A stretch of DNA of 64,000 nt. Origin: Candidatus Binatia bacterium (lineage in GTDB: Bacteria; Desulfobacterota; Binatia; Bin18). The translations under genes were made by a program, and so were the position numbers. Positions 29,004 to 39,235 of this stretch are shown here, one piece after another (within the stretch, counting starts at the first letter, position 1; every line of letters starts with the position of its first letter). The stretch lies in the NCBI GenBank assembly GCA_963666315.2, contig CAXXHG010000040.1, positions 1 to 64,000 of the forward strand, in the 5' to 3' direction. The notes beneath the pieces were generated by a model, which had not been told where the DNA came from, did not search any database, and saw only the letters and a program-made list of their open reading frames with translations.

Positions 29004-30407
29004 CTAGCTCCAGTTCCTGATGTCAACAAAACGACCTTCAATGGCAGCCGCAGCGGCCATGGCCGGGGAGACAAGATGCGTCCGGCCTCCCTTGCCCTGG
29101 CGGCCTTCAAAGTTGCGGTTGCTGGTTGAGGCGCAACGTTCGCCGGGCTGCAGTGTGTCAGCGTTCATGGCCAGGCACATCGAACAGCCGGCTTCGCGCC
29201 ATTCAAACCCTGCGTCTTTAAAGATTGTATCCAGGCCTTCGGCTTCGGCTTGCTTTTTTATTAAGCCAGAGCCCGGAACGACTAAAGCATTGACGGTTGA
29301 AGCCACTTTTTTCCCCTTGGCGTACTGGGCGGCAATGCGCAGATCCTCAATGCGTGAATTGGTGCATGAGCCAATAAAAACCCGATCTATCGTAATCTCA
29401 GTAAGTGGTGTTCCTGCGGTGAGATCCATGTATACGAGTGCTCGCTGTGTCGCCTCTTGCGTTTCTGGCGAAGGCATGTCGGAAGGACTTGGAACAATCC
29501 CGGTGATATCTGTCACCATGCCGGGATTGGTGCCCCAGGTGACTTGGGGTGCAATGTCTTCAGCTTGCAGCTCTAGAATCTTATCAAAGCTTGCGTCAGG
29601 GTCTGAGGGCAGTTGCTTCCAGGCTGCTACCGCACGCTCGAACATGTCGTCTTTGGGCGCGAACGGTCTGCCTTTGATATAGGAAAACGTCTTTTCGTCC
29701 GGAGCAACCATACCCGCGCGCGCTCCGCCTTCAATGGACATATTGCACAGTGTCATGCGGCCTTCCATTGATAATGCCCAGATGGCAGAGCCCGTGTACT
29801 CAATAACGTGACCCGTTCCGCCTGCAGTCCCGATTTTTCCAATGATGGCCAGAATAATATCTTTGGCTGAACAGTGCTCGGGTAATATTCCCTCAACCCG
29901 AATCTGCATAGTCTTGGCTTTCTTTTGCAGCAGACATTGGGAAGCTAAAACATGCTCAACCTCGCTGGTACCAATGCCAAAGGAGAGCGCGCCAAACGCG
30001 CCATGCGTGGCGGTATGGGAATCCCCACACACAATGACCATGCCGGGAAGCGTGAGTCCTTGCTCTGGCCCGATAATGTGGACGATGCCCTGGCGGATGT
30101 CGTCTATATCAAAAATTTGGATGCCCGTCGTGCGACAGTTCTCTTGTAGGGCCTCGATTTGCCTGGCGGCCACCGCATCCGCAATCGGTTTATCCCGGTC
30201 TGTTGTTGGAACATTATGGTCAGGCACGGCTATAGTGGCTCGGGTGCGGCGCACGTCACGTCCGGCCAGTCGCAAGCCCTCGAAGGCCTGGGGAGAGGTC
30301 ACTTCGTGGGTGAGGTGACGGTCAACATACAAGAGTGCGGTGCCGTCGTCTTCGGTCCGTACCACATGCGATTCCCAAATTTTTTCAAACATTGTCTTGG
30401 CAGCCAT
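29004..30407 (-). CDS. leuC: 3-isopropylmalate dehydratase large subunit
   Basis: [49 protein letters not shown]. Confidence 0.97.
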   Translation of the reverse strand: MAAKTMFEKIWESHVVRTEDDGTALLYVDRHLTHEVTSPQAFEGLRLAGRDVRRTRATIAVPDHNVPTTDRDKPIADAVAARQIEALQENCRTTGIQIFDIDDIRQGIVHIIGPEQGLTLPGMVIVCGDSHTATHGAFGALSFGIGTSEVEHVLASQCLLQKKAKTMQIRVEGILPEHCSAKDIILAIIGKIGTAGGTGHVIEYTGSAIWALSMEGRMTLCNMSIEGGARAGMVAPDEKTFSYIKGRPFAPKDDMFERAVAAWKQLPSDPDASFDKILELQAEDIAPQVTWGTNPGMVTDITGIVPSPSDMPSPETQEATQRALVYMDLTAGTPLTEITIDRVFIGSCTNSRIEDLRIAAQYAKGKKVASTVNALVVPGSGLIKKQAEAEGLDTIFKDAGFEWREAGCSMCLAMNADTLQPGERCASTSNRNFEGRQGKGGRTHLVSPAMAAAAAIEGRFVDIRNWS

Positions 30408-30615
30408 GATGTACCCCTTTACGCCCCTGTCTCTCTTGGGCAGCAGTCACTTGAAGACCTATACCTTTCTCAGATTTGTAACAGGCTGGCAAGATGGCAA
30501 GATGGAAGGCGGTATCTGGGTGTGGTAAGATAGCCACACCGAGTCGGGGGATATGCGTCCGCATGTCTCAGCTACTCAAAAAAGTAATGAAAACTTATCT
30601 CTCAGGGAGAATCCT

Positions 30616-31476
30616 ATGGGTGAGTGGACCGTTGATGTGAACGAGAAAGATTTTGAGCAAGATGTGCTAGAGCGTTCGTATAACGTTCCTGTTGTTCTAG
30701 ATTTCTGGGCACCGTGGTGCGGTCCATGCCGCGCCATCGGTCCGGTGTTAGAAAAAATCGCGGATGAACAGCAAGGGAAGTTCGTTCTGGCCAAGGTCAA
30801 CGTGGACGAAAACCCGGCCCTGGCCCAGTCCTTTCAAGTGAGTAGTATCCCTGCGGTTAAAGCCGTAAAGGAAGGCGCGGTTGCGAATGAGTTTGTGGGA
30901 GCCCTGCCAGAGCCGGCTATCCGGAAGTTTATTGAGGAACTGCTCCCGTCGGAGGCGGATTCTCTCGCCCAGCGGGGTCTCAGCCTCCAGGAGCAGGGAA
31001 AGGACCAGGGAGCGGAGAGCCTGTATCGCGCCGCGCTTTCTAAGGAGGCTCGACAACCCCAAGCGTTGCTGGGGCTCGCCCGTCTCTTAGCTGCTAAGGA
31101 CGAGAACGCTGATGCTCTGGCCTTGCTTGAGCGTCTTTCTCCTAATGCACGAGAATATGATGAGGCCCAGCAGTTGGCAGCTCAAGTGCGTGTCAAGCAG
31201 AGCGGGGCCCATGCGGGTGAGGAAGCCGCCTACCGGGAGAAACTTGCAGCGAACCCCAATGACCTGGACGCCCGGTTTGAGTTAGCCCAGATTCTCGCGG
31301 CTTCCACTCGTTATGACGAGGCGCTAGCAGAATATCTGGAGATTCTAAAAGAGGATCGCATATTCCGCGACGAAGGCGCGCGCAAGGCCATGCTCGAAAT
31401 CTTTGATGTGGTCGGCTCTCGGAGTCATTTGTCTGATCGGTACCGAGCGGAGTTGGCGAAGGTGCTGTTTAGCTAA
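30616..31476 (+). CDS. cnoX: Thioredoxin-TPR chaperedoxin (CnoX/YbbN)
   Basis: DFWAPWCGPC thioredoxin domain followed by TPR repeats, ending YRAELAKVLFS. Confidence 0.85.
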   Translation: MGEWTVDVNEKDFEQDVLERSYNVPVVLDFWAPWCGPCRAIGPVLEKIADEQQGKFVLAKVNVDENPALAQSFQVSSIPAVKAVKEGAVANEFVGALPEPAIRKFIEELLPSEADSLAQRGLSLQEQGKDQGAESLYRAALSKEARQPQALLGLARLLAAKDENADALALLERLSPNAREYDEAQQLAAQVRVKQSGAHAGEEAAYREKLAANPNDLDARFELAQILAASTRYDEALAEYLEILKEDRIFRDEGARKAMLEIFDVVGSRSHLSDRYRAELAKVLFS

Positions 31477-31488
31477 GAATCGATTGCT

Positions 31489-31516
31489 GTAGGGGGCGAG
31501 GTTTCCTCGCCCTTTT
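31489..31516. terminator. Hairpin between convergent genes (REP-like / intrinsic terminator)
   Basis: gggcgagg-ttt-cctcgccc followed by tttt and preceded by gtag. Confidence 0.55.
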
Positions 31517-31537
31517 GATCCGAGAACGGCTACGGTG

Positions 31538-32413
31538 TCAGACTAACGCCCACTGCTCACCATCTTGTTTGACCAGCCCTTCGGCTTTGAGCTTATTCAG
31601 GTGAGACTGCACGGAATTCCCTGCTGCGGCATGGAGAAACTTCGGCACATCGGTGTAAATACGTTTCACCATCACCGGAATTTCGGTGAGTCCCGCATGT
31701 AAAGCGTCCAGTACTTGCTGCTCCCGTAGTTCGCGGTGGGCGATATACTGGTTCAGCTTTTTGTAGGGATCGCGTATGGCCGGACCGTGGGCAGGGTAGA
31801 TCACCGCAAGATCAAGGTCGAGGAGTTTCCGGAGCGAGGCCATATACTGGATCAAGCCGCCGCCTTCTTCAGGCACCACCGTGGTACCCGCCCCAAGCAC
31901 GAGATCGCCCGTAAAGAGGGCTTTTTCTTCTTCCAGGTAGTAGCACAAGTGATCCTTGGCATGGCCCGGGGTGTGGATCGCGCGCAGTGTCACTCCATCT
32001 GTTTCGACCTGGGCACCGTCTTCAATATAAGTCAACGGAAAATCATAGGCCTGATCTTTTTCCGGCCAGATGTGCTTGGATACGGTTAACTCGCCGAAGC
32101 GCTTTTTTACATTCGGTACTCCGCCAATGTGATCCTGATGCACATGAGTCAGGACGATCTCTTGGAGTTCGTTTGCGCCTTTGGTCTCTGACAGCCCTTT
32201 TTCCAATAAGGGATCATAGACGTCTAAGCCCACGCCTGTGTCGAGCAGGATGGGCCGTTTGCCTGTGCCGACCAGATAGGTGTTTGTCCCCGGGCCGGTG
32301 AACGGGCCGGGGTTTTGTCCCAGCACGGTAGCGACCCGCTCACTCCAGATGTCGAAGTCGGGCATGGAGAGCCCAGCCATAGTGTCGGTAACAACGCGTT
32401 GTGGCTGTGCCAT
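31538..32413 (-). CDS. MBL-fold metallo-hydrolase (LACTB2-like)
   Basis: NPGPFTGPGTNTY, THVHQDH, TPGH, GD, PAHG, C-terminal winged helix. Confidence 0.9.
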   Translation of the reverse strand: MAQPQRVVTDTMAGLSMPDFDIWSERVATVLGQNPGPFTGPGTNTYLVGTGKRPILLDTGVGLDVYDPLLEKGLSETKGANELQEIVLTHVHQDHIGGVPNVKKRFGELTVSKHIWPEKDQAYDFPLTYIEDGAQVETDGVTLRAIHTPGHAKDHLCYYLEEEKALFTGDLVLGAGTTVVPEEGGGLIQYMASLRKLLDLDLAVIYPAHGPAIRDPYKKLNQYIAHRELREQQVLDALHAGLTEIPVMVKRIYTDVPKFLHAAAGNSVQSHLNKLKAEGLVKQDGEQWALV

Positions 32414-32416
32414 GTG

Positions 32417-33601
32417 TCAGCTCCTCAACAAGTTTGCGGCGATGGTTTTGAGCTGCATATTGGAGGTGCCTTCATAGATCTTGCCGATCTTGGCATCCCG
32501 GTAGTATTTTTCGGCTGGGTATTCCTTGGTAAAACCGACTCCACCAAAAATCTCCAGCGCGCGTGAGGCAACGCGCTCGCCCACCTGCGAGCAGAAATAT
32601 TTGGTCATGGCAGCCGTGTGAGCAAAGGGCTGCCCACTCTCTTTCAGGCGCGCGGTGTTATAGACCATGAGGCGCGCCGCTTCGATTTCGGTCGCTAACT
32701 CAGCCAGCTCAAATTGGACCGCCTGAAAATCTGCAATCGGGCGGCCAAACTGTGATCGCTCCTTGGCATAGGCCAGCGCGCACGCAAATGCACCCTGGGC
32801 CAGGCCAACCATCTGGGCACCAATCCCAATCCTCCCTTCGTTGAGCGTCTCAACGGCGACTTTATAGCCTTGCCCTATTTCACCGACGACCTGACTACGT
32901 GGGACCCGAACGTCTTCGAGAATCAGCTCGCAGGTTGAGCTGGCGCGAATGCCAAGTTTGTCTTCTTTTTTCCCTACGCTAAAACCGGGCATATCGCGTT
33001 CCACTACAAAGGCGGTAATGCCCTTATACCCTTTGTCTGGCGCGGCATTGGCAAAGAGCAGATACAGACCGGCTTCTCCACCATTGGTCGTCCACATTTT
33101 CCGGCCGTTGAGGACAAAAGTGTAGCCGTCGAGACGAGCGCGCGTTTTTAGGGCAAAGGCATCGCTACCGGAACCGGACTCAGAGAGCGCATAGGCACCC
33201 ACTGTGTCCGTAGCGAGACGCGGGAAAAACTTGGCTTTTTGATCCGGGTTGAGCCAACGCACCAAAGCGTTGTTTACCAGGGTGTTTTGTACATCAACAC
33301 AGGTGGCCACAGATGGATCAACGCGCGCAAGCTCTTCAATAGCCAGGATCGCCATAAAGAAACTGGACTCAGCACCGCCATAGGCGGCAGGAATTTCGAT
33401 GCCCATCACGCCAAGGACAAAGAGTTGATCGATCAGCTCACTCGGGATCTTAGCCTCGCGGTCCATGTCCATCACGCGGGGTTTGATTTGTTCCTCAGCA
33501 AACTCCCGCACCGTCTTCCGAAATAGATCCTCTTCCTCGCTGAGCGTCATCAGAGGCAGATGCAATTCTTGGTCTACAGACATCTCTCTCCCCTCTGTCA
33601 T
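32417..33601 (-). CDS. Acyl-CoA dehydrogenase (short/branched chain)
   Basis: YALSESGSGSDAF, KEDKLGIRASSTC, LNEGRIG, RDAKIGKIYEGTSN. Confidence 0.93.
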   Translation of the reverse strand: MTEGREMSVDQELHLPLMTLSEEEDLFRKTVREFAEEQIKPRVMDMDREAKIPSELIDQLFVLGVMGIEIPAAYGGAESSFFMAILAIEELARVDPSVATCVDVQNTLVNNALVRWLNPDQKAKFFPRLATDTVGAYALSESGSGSDAFALKTRARLDGYTFVLNGRKMWTTNGGEAGLYLLFANAAPDKGYKGITAFVVERDMPGFSVGKKEDKLGIRASSTCELILEDVRVPRSQVVGEIGQGYKVAVETLNEGRIGIGAQMVGLAQGAFACALAYAKERSQFGRPIADFQAVQFELAELATEIEAARLMVYNTARLKESGQPFAHTAAMTKYFCSQVGERVASRALEIFGGVGFTKEYPAEKYYRDAKIGKIYEGTSNMQLKTIAANLLRS

Positions 33602-33715
33602 ACTTGGAAATTTCCTTGAATATTTTCGAATATCTTCATTGTTGTCACGTTGCTTCTAAGATGTCTAGCCGGTATATCAACAAAGTCAGAGCGACCATTG
33701 GAAGTGCCCACAGCT

Positions 33716-34285
33716 ATGAAAATTGGACTCATTGCCGACTCGCATATCCCCGAAGCCATGCCCGAACTCCCGAGCCAGGTCCGAACGGTTTTCAAGGGCA
33801 TGGACCTGATTTTACATGCTGGCGATCTGCACTGTCTCGACGTTCTTGACTGGCTCGAAGAAACTGCACCCGTTCTCGCCTGTCGCGGTAATGGCGACGA
33901 AGGTTCGGGCGGACGCGCAGTCGTGCCGGACGATCCTCGGCTCCACGAGACCGCCGTGACCCAGTGTGCCGGCTACACGCTCGGCCTGGTTCACGATGTA
34001 TTAGACCCGAACGAATATCCCCAGTGGCCCATTCAGCGGACTATGGATCAGTATTTTGATCGCCGGCCTGACATCATCGTGTGTGGCCATACACATGTCG
34101 AGCGTATCCGGCGCTACGATGACGTGCTAGTCATCAATCCCGGTAGCCCGACCTATCCACACAATTATTCGGCTCAACCAGGAACGGTTGGTGTACTGAC
34201 GCTTGAAGAAAATCGAGTCGGGTCGGTCCAGATCTATGACCTCAAGACGCTAGCGGTGCTGCCTGAGTTGTCCACGACTTTTTGA
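33716..34285 (+). CDS. YfcE-like metallophosphoesterase
   Basis: ADSH, HAGD, RGN, CGHTH, INPGS. Confidence 0.88.
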   Translation: MKIGLIADSHIPEAMPELPSQVRTVFKGMDLILHAGDLHCLDVLDWLEETAPVLACRGNGDEGSGGRAVVPDDPRLHETAVTQCAGYTLGLVHDVLDPNEYPQWPIQRTMDQYFDRRPDIIVCGHTHVERIRRYDDVLVINPGSPTYPHNYSAQPGTVGVLTLEENRVGSVQIYDLKTLAVLPELSTTF

Positions 34286-34341
34286 TAAGGAATCCCCCAC
34301 GAGTTGTGTAAATTCAATAGCCTAGCGGACTTAGAGAAAGT

Positions 34342-34605
34342 ATGAGCCTTCAGGCCATGAAATATCCAGCCTTAAATGTCTCTGCCGCCACGGCAGAACT
34401 GGTTAAAGGGGTGCTGGCGCTTTATCCGCAGGCGCAAATTGTTCCTCGTGCCACTCCGCTGGAAGACGAAGATATCAGTGTGGAGGTTCGACTTCCCCTG
34501 AATACAGAAGAAATCTACCAGGCCCGGGATCGAGTCCACGAACTCGTCATTCGACTGCAGGAACAGTATGAGGTGCTGATCCTCGCGTCGGCAGTTCCTG
34601 CGTGA
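34342..34605 (+). CDS. Hypothetical protein
   Basis: 87-aa ORF with plausible composition; no motif recognised. Confidence 0.55.
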   Translation: MSLQAMKYPALNVSAATAELVKGVLALYPQAQIVPRATPLEDEDISVEVRLPLNTEEIYQARDRVHELVIRLQEQYEVLILASAVPA

Positions 34606-34747
34606 CGGGTAGCTTCTTCTGTACATGATGAGGCCGAGTTCATATAAGATCTTCCCCCGCAACAATCCGCAACCAAAACCAGAACGGGCGCAGTTGGTAG
34701 AGCAGGCGAGATGAAAAACCCCCCTGCAAATACAGGAAGTTAAAGAG

Positions 34748-34794
34748 AGCTACCCATCGGAGTCGAACCGACGACCTACTGATTGCAAACCAGA
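34748..34794 (-). pseudogene. 3'-half tRNA fragment (probably degenerate tRNA-Thr); att-site-like
   Basis: Minus strand tctgg-tttgcaa-tcagt aggtc gtcgg-ttcgact-ccgat gggtagc-t gives anticodon arm, T-arm and 3' acceptor strand; no D-arm or 5' strand upstream. Confidence 0.7.
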
Positions 34795-34819
34795 GGAGGT
34801 GTCCCACGCACCCGAAACT

Positions 34820-35836
34820 CTACCCGCCCAAACTAATCATCTCAATCTTCTTGTGTTCTTTGGGGTCGTAACCGGTCGCGGAGTGCAAGGCGGCCAGGCG
34901 TTCTTCTGAATAACGATCTTTGCGCTGCAACCAGATGCTGCGCAGGACATCGAGCAGCTTCTCGTCCGTCATGCCGCCGCGCAGCAGTACTTTAAGATTG
35001 TGGCCTGTATTGGCGAAGAGGCAGGTCACGAGTCTGCCGTCAGCTGTGAGCCGGGCACGCGTACACGACGAACAGAATGGCTCAGTGATCGAGGCGATCA
35101 CCCCAATATCTCCTCCCGCACCGTCTACGTACTGATAATCCACTGACGGGGCGTTGCCGCCCTTTCGGCCTATTTCCTGTAATGGGAAGCGCGTGTTGAT
35201 CGTGTGTATGATTTCTTGTTTGGACACAATTTTGTCCGACTGCCAGTGATTCGCATTGCCGACATCCATAAACTCAATAAAACGTATGGCAAAACCATGC
35301 TCACGCGAGAAGGTAACCAAGTCAATTATTTCGTCGTCATTCACGCCACGTTCGATCACCGCGTTGATCTTAATCGGAGAGAAACCTTCCTCTTTGGCAG
35401 CAAACAGTCCGTTGAGGACTTTCTTGAGGTCGCCGCGTTTTGTGATCTGTCGGAAACGATCAGGTTTGAGGCTGTCCAGGCTGACGTTAATCCGGCGCAG
35501 ACCGGCAGCTTTGAGGACGGCGGCTTTCTCCGCCAATGTTGAACCATTGGTGGTGAGACAGATGTCGCGCAGCCCGTCGATTGCCGACAGGCTTGCCACG
35601 AGCCGTTCAAGATCCCGGCGAGCCAGCGGCTCTCCGCCTGTCAATCGGATCTTCTCGACCCCGAGCTGAACGAATAAATGCGCGAGGCGAGTAATCTCTT
35701 CAAACGTCAGGATCTCGCTCTTTGCCAGCCAGTCATAGTCGTCCAACGGCATGCAATATGTGCAGCGGAAGTTACACCGGTCTGTCACTGAAATGCGCAG
35801 GTCTTTCACCGGTCGCTGAAAGGTGTCGAGCAACAT
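34820..35836 (-). CDS. moaA: GTP 3',8-cyclase (molybdopterin biosynthesis)
   Basis: LRISVTDRCNFRCTYC, LTGGEP, FCSSCTRARLTADG..C, C-terminal MISLGG. Confidence 0.96.
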   Translation of the reverse strand: MLLDTFQRPVKDLRISVTDRCNFRCTYCMPLDDYDWLAKSEILTFEEITRLAHLFVQLGVEKIRLTGGEPLARRDLERLVASLSAIDGLRDICLTTNGSTLAEKAAVLKAAGLRRINVSLDSLKPDRFRQITKRGDLKKVLNGLFAAKEEGFSPIKINAVIERGVNDDEIIDLVTFSREHGFAIRFIEFMDVGNANHWQSDKIVSKQEIIHTINTRFPLQEIGRKGGNAPSVDYQYVDGAGGDIGVIASITEPFCSSCTRARLTADGRLVTCLFANTGHNLKVLLRGGMTDEKLLDVLRSIWLQRKDRYSEERLAALHSATGYDPKEHKKIEMISLGG

Positions 35837-35911
35837 GCAGCCTCCTCAAGGCTCCTTATTATAATGATTTTGAGCGTTGAGCCAAGGTGATTAGGCGACC
35901 TAAATTTTTTG

Positions 35912-35940
35912 TTGACATATTGATGCTCTCCTTTTATGTT
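35912..35940 (+). promoter_or_regulatory. Sigma70-type promoter for vapBC (probably leaderless)
   Basis: TTGACA-17 nt-TATGTT with the ATG 8 nt downstream; ttgatg repeated in the spacer and at the start. Confidence 0.55.
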
Positions 35941-35947
35941 TTGATGT

Positions 35948-36199
35948 ATGCGTACGACCATCCGTCTTAATGATGAATTACTCGCCGCAACCAAACAATT
36001 TGCTTTACAGACCGGTCGAACTCTCACGGCCGTTGTCGAGGACGCGCTGCGAGAAGTTCTTTCCAGGCATCAGCAAAAGCAGAAAAAAGCCCCCGTCCAG
36101 CTAACAACCATTAAGGGAAAGGGGCTCTTGCCAGGCGTCGATCTCGATGACTCCGCAGCGCTAGCCGACTTGATGGGGCAGGGCAATGCTCCTCGCTGA
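35948..36199 (+). CDS. vapB: VapB/CopG-type RHH antitoxin
   Basis: MRTTIRLNDELL..GRTLTAVVEDALR..PGVDLDD. Confidence 0.85.
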   Translation: MRTTIRLNDELLAATKQFALQTGRTLTAVVEDALREVLSRHQQKQKKAPVQLTTIKGKGLLPGVDLDDSAALADLMGQGNAPR

Positions 36200-36614
36200 T
36201 GTGAATGTGCTGGTATATGCCCACCGTGAAGATGCACCTGGCCATGTAAAATACCGAGCGTGGCTAGAAGACCTTATGAACAATGACCAGGCGTACGGGG
36301 TCACAGATCTTGCGCTGAGTGGTTTTCTCAGAGTTGTCACGCACTCTCGGATTTTTAATCCTCCAAGTCCGCTTGACGCTGCATTACGATTCGTTAATGA
36401 AGTGAGGCAACAGCCCCATTGCGTAGTCATTAGTCCTGGTCCACGACATTGGGGGATTTTCACTCGTCTGTGTCAGACTGCAAACGCGAAAGGGAATCTT
36501 ATTCCAGACGCATACTTTGCTGCGCTTGCAATCGAGTCTGGTAGTGAGTGGATAACGACTGATCGTGATTTCAGCCGCTTCCCCCAGCTCCGCTGGCGGC
36601 ATCCCTTGGACTAG
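36186..36614 (+). CDS. vapC: VapC PIN-domain toxin
   Basis: DVNVLVYA, GFLRVVT, DAYFAALAIE, TTDRDFSRF. Confidence 0.92.
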   Translation: MLLADVNVLVYAHREDAPGHVKYRAWLEDLMNNDQAYGVTDLALSGFLRVVTHSRIFNPPSPLDAALRFVNEVRQQPHCVVISPGPRHWGIFTRLCQTANAKGNLIPDAYFAALAIESGSEWITTDRDFSRFPQLRWRHPLD

Positions 36615-36681
36615 AGCGGGCTGCGCATAGGCGTTGAATCTGTTTTTCATCTTCACAAGTTTTTCAGAGGAGGATCAGCAC

Positions 36682-37443
36682 ATGCGCATCAAAGACAAAG
36701 TCGTGCTTGTCACCGGGGGCAGTCGAGGCATAGGCCGGGCGATTTGCCTGCGCCTGGCCGACGAAGGGGCAAAAATTGCCATTGCCGATATCTTAGAGGA
36801 AGAGGCCCAGAAAACGGCGGCGCATATTACGGATACAGGCGAGCAAGCGTTGGCCATCAAGACTGACGTCACTCAACTCGACCAAGTCCAAGCCTGTGTC
36901 AAACAGATCACCGATACCTGGGGGCCGATTGACGTGCTGGTCAATAACGCTGGCTGGGACAAGATGGAACCCTTTCTCCAGAGTCAACCGGAAACCTGGG
37001 ACAAGGTCATCGGGATTAATCTGCGCGGACCGATCAATTTTTGTCACACCGTTGCCGCCCAGATGGTCGAACGCGAGCAGGGAAAGATTATTTCCATTAG
37101 CTCTGATGCGGGTCGCGTGGGTTCAACCGGGGAAGCCGTCTACTCGGCGTGCAAAGCGGGCATTATCGGCTTCTCAAAAACGCTCGCGCGTGAACTGGCC
37201 CGCGCCAAAATCACGGTCAATGTCGTGTGTCCCGGTCCCACGGATACTGCGCTGCTGCAACAAGTGACTGCGGGGGAAAAAGGCGCGCGGATTATTGAAG
37301 CCATGACGCGTGCGGTCCCGTTCCGTCGTTTGGGACAACCGGAAGAGATTGCTAATGCCGTAGCGTTTTTTGCCTCACCGGATGCGGACTTTGTGACCGG
37401 CCAGGTGTTGTCCGTGAGTGGCGGGCTGACTATGGCAGGGTGA
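36682..37443 (+). CDS. SDR, 2-hydroxycyclohexanecarboxyl-CoA dehydrogenase (BadH)-like
   Basis: TGGSRGIG, NNAGWD, SSDAGRVGSTGEAVYSACK, VCPGPTDT, LSVSGGLTMAG. Confidence 0.8.
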   Translation: MRIKDKVVLVTGGSRGIGRAICLRLADEGAKIAIADILEEEAQKTAAHITDTGEQALAIKTDVTQLDQVQACVKQITDTWGPIDVLVNNAGWDKMEPFLQSQPETWDKVIGINLRGPINFCHTVAAQMVEREQGKIISISSDAGRVGSTGEAVYSACKAGIIGFSKTLARELARAKITVNVVCPGPTDTALLQQVTAGEKGARIIEAMTRAVPFRRLGQPEEIANAVAFFASPDADFVTGQVLSVSGGLTMAG

Positions 37444-37546
37444 ACTCTCTCCCCTAGGGCCGGGGAAACCCACCCCGACACTATGTGTCGCTCCTCTCAA
37501 GAGGAGATCTGATTATGGAGAAACTGCGAAACGAAAGGGGAACAGT

Positions 37547-38335
37547 ATGCAATTTGAAGATATTGTGTATGAAAAAAACGAGGGCATTGCGACCATGACC
37601 ATTAACCGTCCGCAGGTGCGCAATGCCTTCCGGACCCTGACCGTTGATGAACTCATCGCAGCATTCCAAGACGCTTGGTGGGATCATTCGGTTGGCGTGG
37701 TGATTCTCACTGGTGAAGGAGACAAAGCCTTTTGCGCTGGAGGCGATCAAAGTGAACGCAGTGCCGAGGGCTACGATACCAGCTCGGCCGGGCATGAGAT
37801 GAATGTTGAAGCACTGCATAATATTATTCGCAACATTCCTAAGCCGGTAATCGCGGCAGTCAACGGCTTTGCTATCGGCGGTGGACACGTGCTGCACGTC
37901 TTGTGTGATATTTCTCTTGCCGCTGATACGGCACGCTTTGGACAGACGGGGCCTCGGGTGGGCAGCTTTGACGCGGGCTATGGCAGTGCGTATCTGGCAC
38001 GAGTTGTTGGGGAAAAGAAAGCGCGTGAGATTTGGTATTTCTGCCGCCAGTACACGGCTGAAGAAGCCAAAGATATGGGACTTGTGAACGCGGTATTCCC
38101 CGCCGATACGCTCATGGACGAAGCTCGCTCATGGGCGAATGAGCTATTGCAGAAAAGTCCCACCGCGCTCAAGTTCCTCAAATATTCATTTAATGCGGAC
38201 ACCGCCCATATTGGTGGCATCTCGAATATGGCCATGAGTGGGCTTGAGCTGTACTACAACACGGATGAAGCCGTTGAGGGCGTGAATGCCTTTAACGAAA
38301 GGCGTCCGGTAGATTTTTCCAAGTTTCGGAAGTAA
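37547..38335 (+). CDS. Crotonase of the MenB/BadI group (probably BadI-like ring hydrolase)
   Basis: MQFEDIVY, INRP..NAFR, FCAGGDQ, LARVVGEKKAREIWY, SFNADT, LYYNTDEA; follows a BadH-like gene. Confidence 0.8.
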   Translation: MQFEDIVYEKNEGIATMTINRPQVRNAFRTLTVDELIAAFQDAWWDHSVGVVILTGEGDKAFCAGGDQSERSAEGYDTSSAGHEMNVEALHNIIRNIPKPVIAAVNGFAIGGGHVLHVLCDISLAADTARFGQTGPRVGSFDAGYGSAYLARVVGEKKAREIWYFCRQYTAEEAKDMGLVNAVFPADTLMDEARSWANELLQKSPTALKFLKYSFNADTAHIGGISNMAMSGLELYYNTDEAVEGVNAFNERRPVDFSKFRK

Positions 38336-38340
38336 AGATA

Positions 38341-39126
38341 ATGCGGTTCACAAACAGAGTGGCTCTTATCACTGGCTCCTCTCGTGGCATAGGCCGGGCT
38401 ATTGCTCTGCGGCTGGCCTCGGAAGGCGCAAACGTCATCGTCAATTATCGTCGCAATATTGCTGAGGCCGAGGCCGTTGTGGCCGAGATCAAAAAGCTCG
38501 GCTCAGATGCGCTTCCCATACAGGCTGACCTGAGCGATGGCGATGCCGTACGCGCGATGTTTCAGCAGGTGAAAGTCTCATTCGGGTATCTCGATATTCT
38601 TATCGCCAATGCCGCAGCCACGGCATTTCGTCCACTGCTGCAACAAGGTGAACACAACGTGACGCGCACGTTTGATCTTACCATCAAGGGCTTCCTGGTC
38701 GCGACCCAAGAAGCTGTTCCGCTTATGGCAGGCCGCAGGGGCAAGATCGTTACTATCTCAGGGATTGATTCACTCCGGATGCTGTCAGGTCACGGCTTGC
38801 TCGGTGCTGCTAAGGCCGCGTTGGAAAACATGACGATGTATCTGGCCCACGAATTGGGGCCGCGTGGGATTGCCGTCAACGGGATTAACCCCGGCCTGAT
38901 CGAAACCGACTCTGCCAAAATGTATGCCGGCGGTGAGGATGGGTATGCGCAGTATGTGCGTGATGTGGTGCCGAACACACCGGCAGGCCGTGCAGGACGA
39001 CCAGCGGATATTGCGGCAGTCGCCGCGTTTCTGTGTTCTGAGGACGCGGAGTTTATTCGTGGCCAGACGTTGCTTGTGGATGGTGGGTTACTCTCATCGT
39101 CTATTGCGAGTAGAGCCTATGAATAA
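38341..39126 (+). CDS. FabL-like enoyl-thioester reductase (SDR)
   Basis: TGSSRGIG, ANAAATAFRP, H-x6-K (HGLLGAAK) in place of Y-x6-K. Confidence 0.75.
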   Translation: MRFTNRVALITGSSRGIGRAIALRLASEGANVIVNYRRNIAEAEAVVAEIKKLGSDALPIQADLSDGDAVRAMFQQVKVSFGYLDILIANAAATAFRPLLQQGEHNVTRTFDLTIKGFLVATQEAVPLMAGRRGKIVTISGIDSLRMLSGHGLLGAAKAALENMTMYLAHELGPRGIAVNGINPGLIETDSAKMYAGGEDGYAQYVRDVVPNTPAGRAGRPADIAAVAAFLCSEDAEFIRGQTLLVDGGLLSSSIASRAYE

Positions 39127-39235
39127 ATGGGCAAAGACCGGCCACCTCTGTTCTGAGGTCAGACGCTTTGCTACGCTACGGGTTTCTGAGAAAAAATCCT
39201 GATGTGTATTGATGTGTACTAAGGAGGGTCCTTCG

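Noticed and set aside
34748-34794. Functional tRNA-Ala(TGC)
   Set aside because: Lacks the 5' acceptor strand and D-arm and lacks U70; the D-loop-like gcagttggtagagca at about 34690 is on the opposite strand
37547-38335. Calling the gene menB
   Set aside because: No other men genes nearby and a BadH-like neighbour; symbol left unassigned
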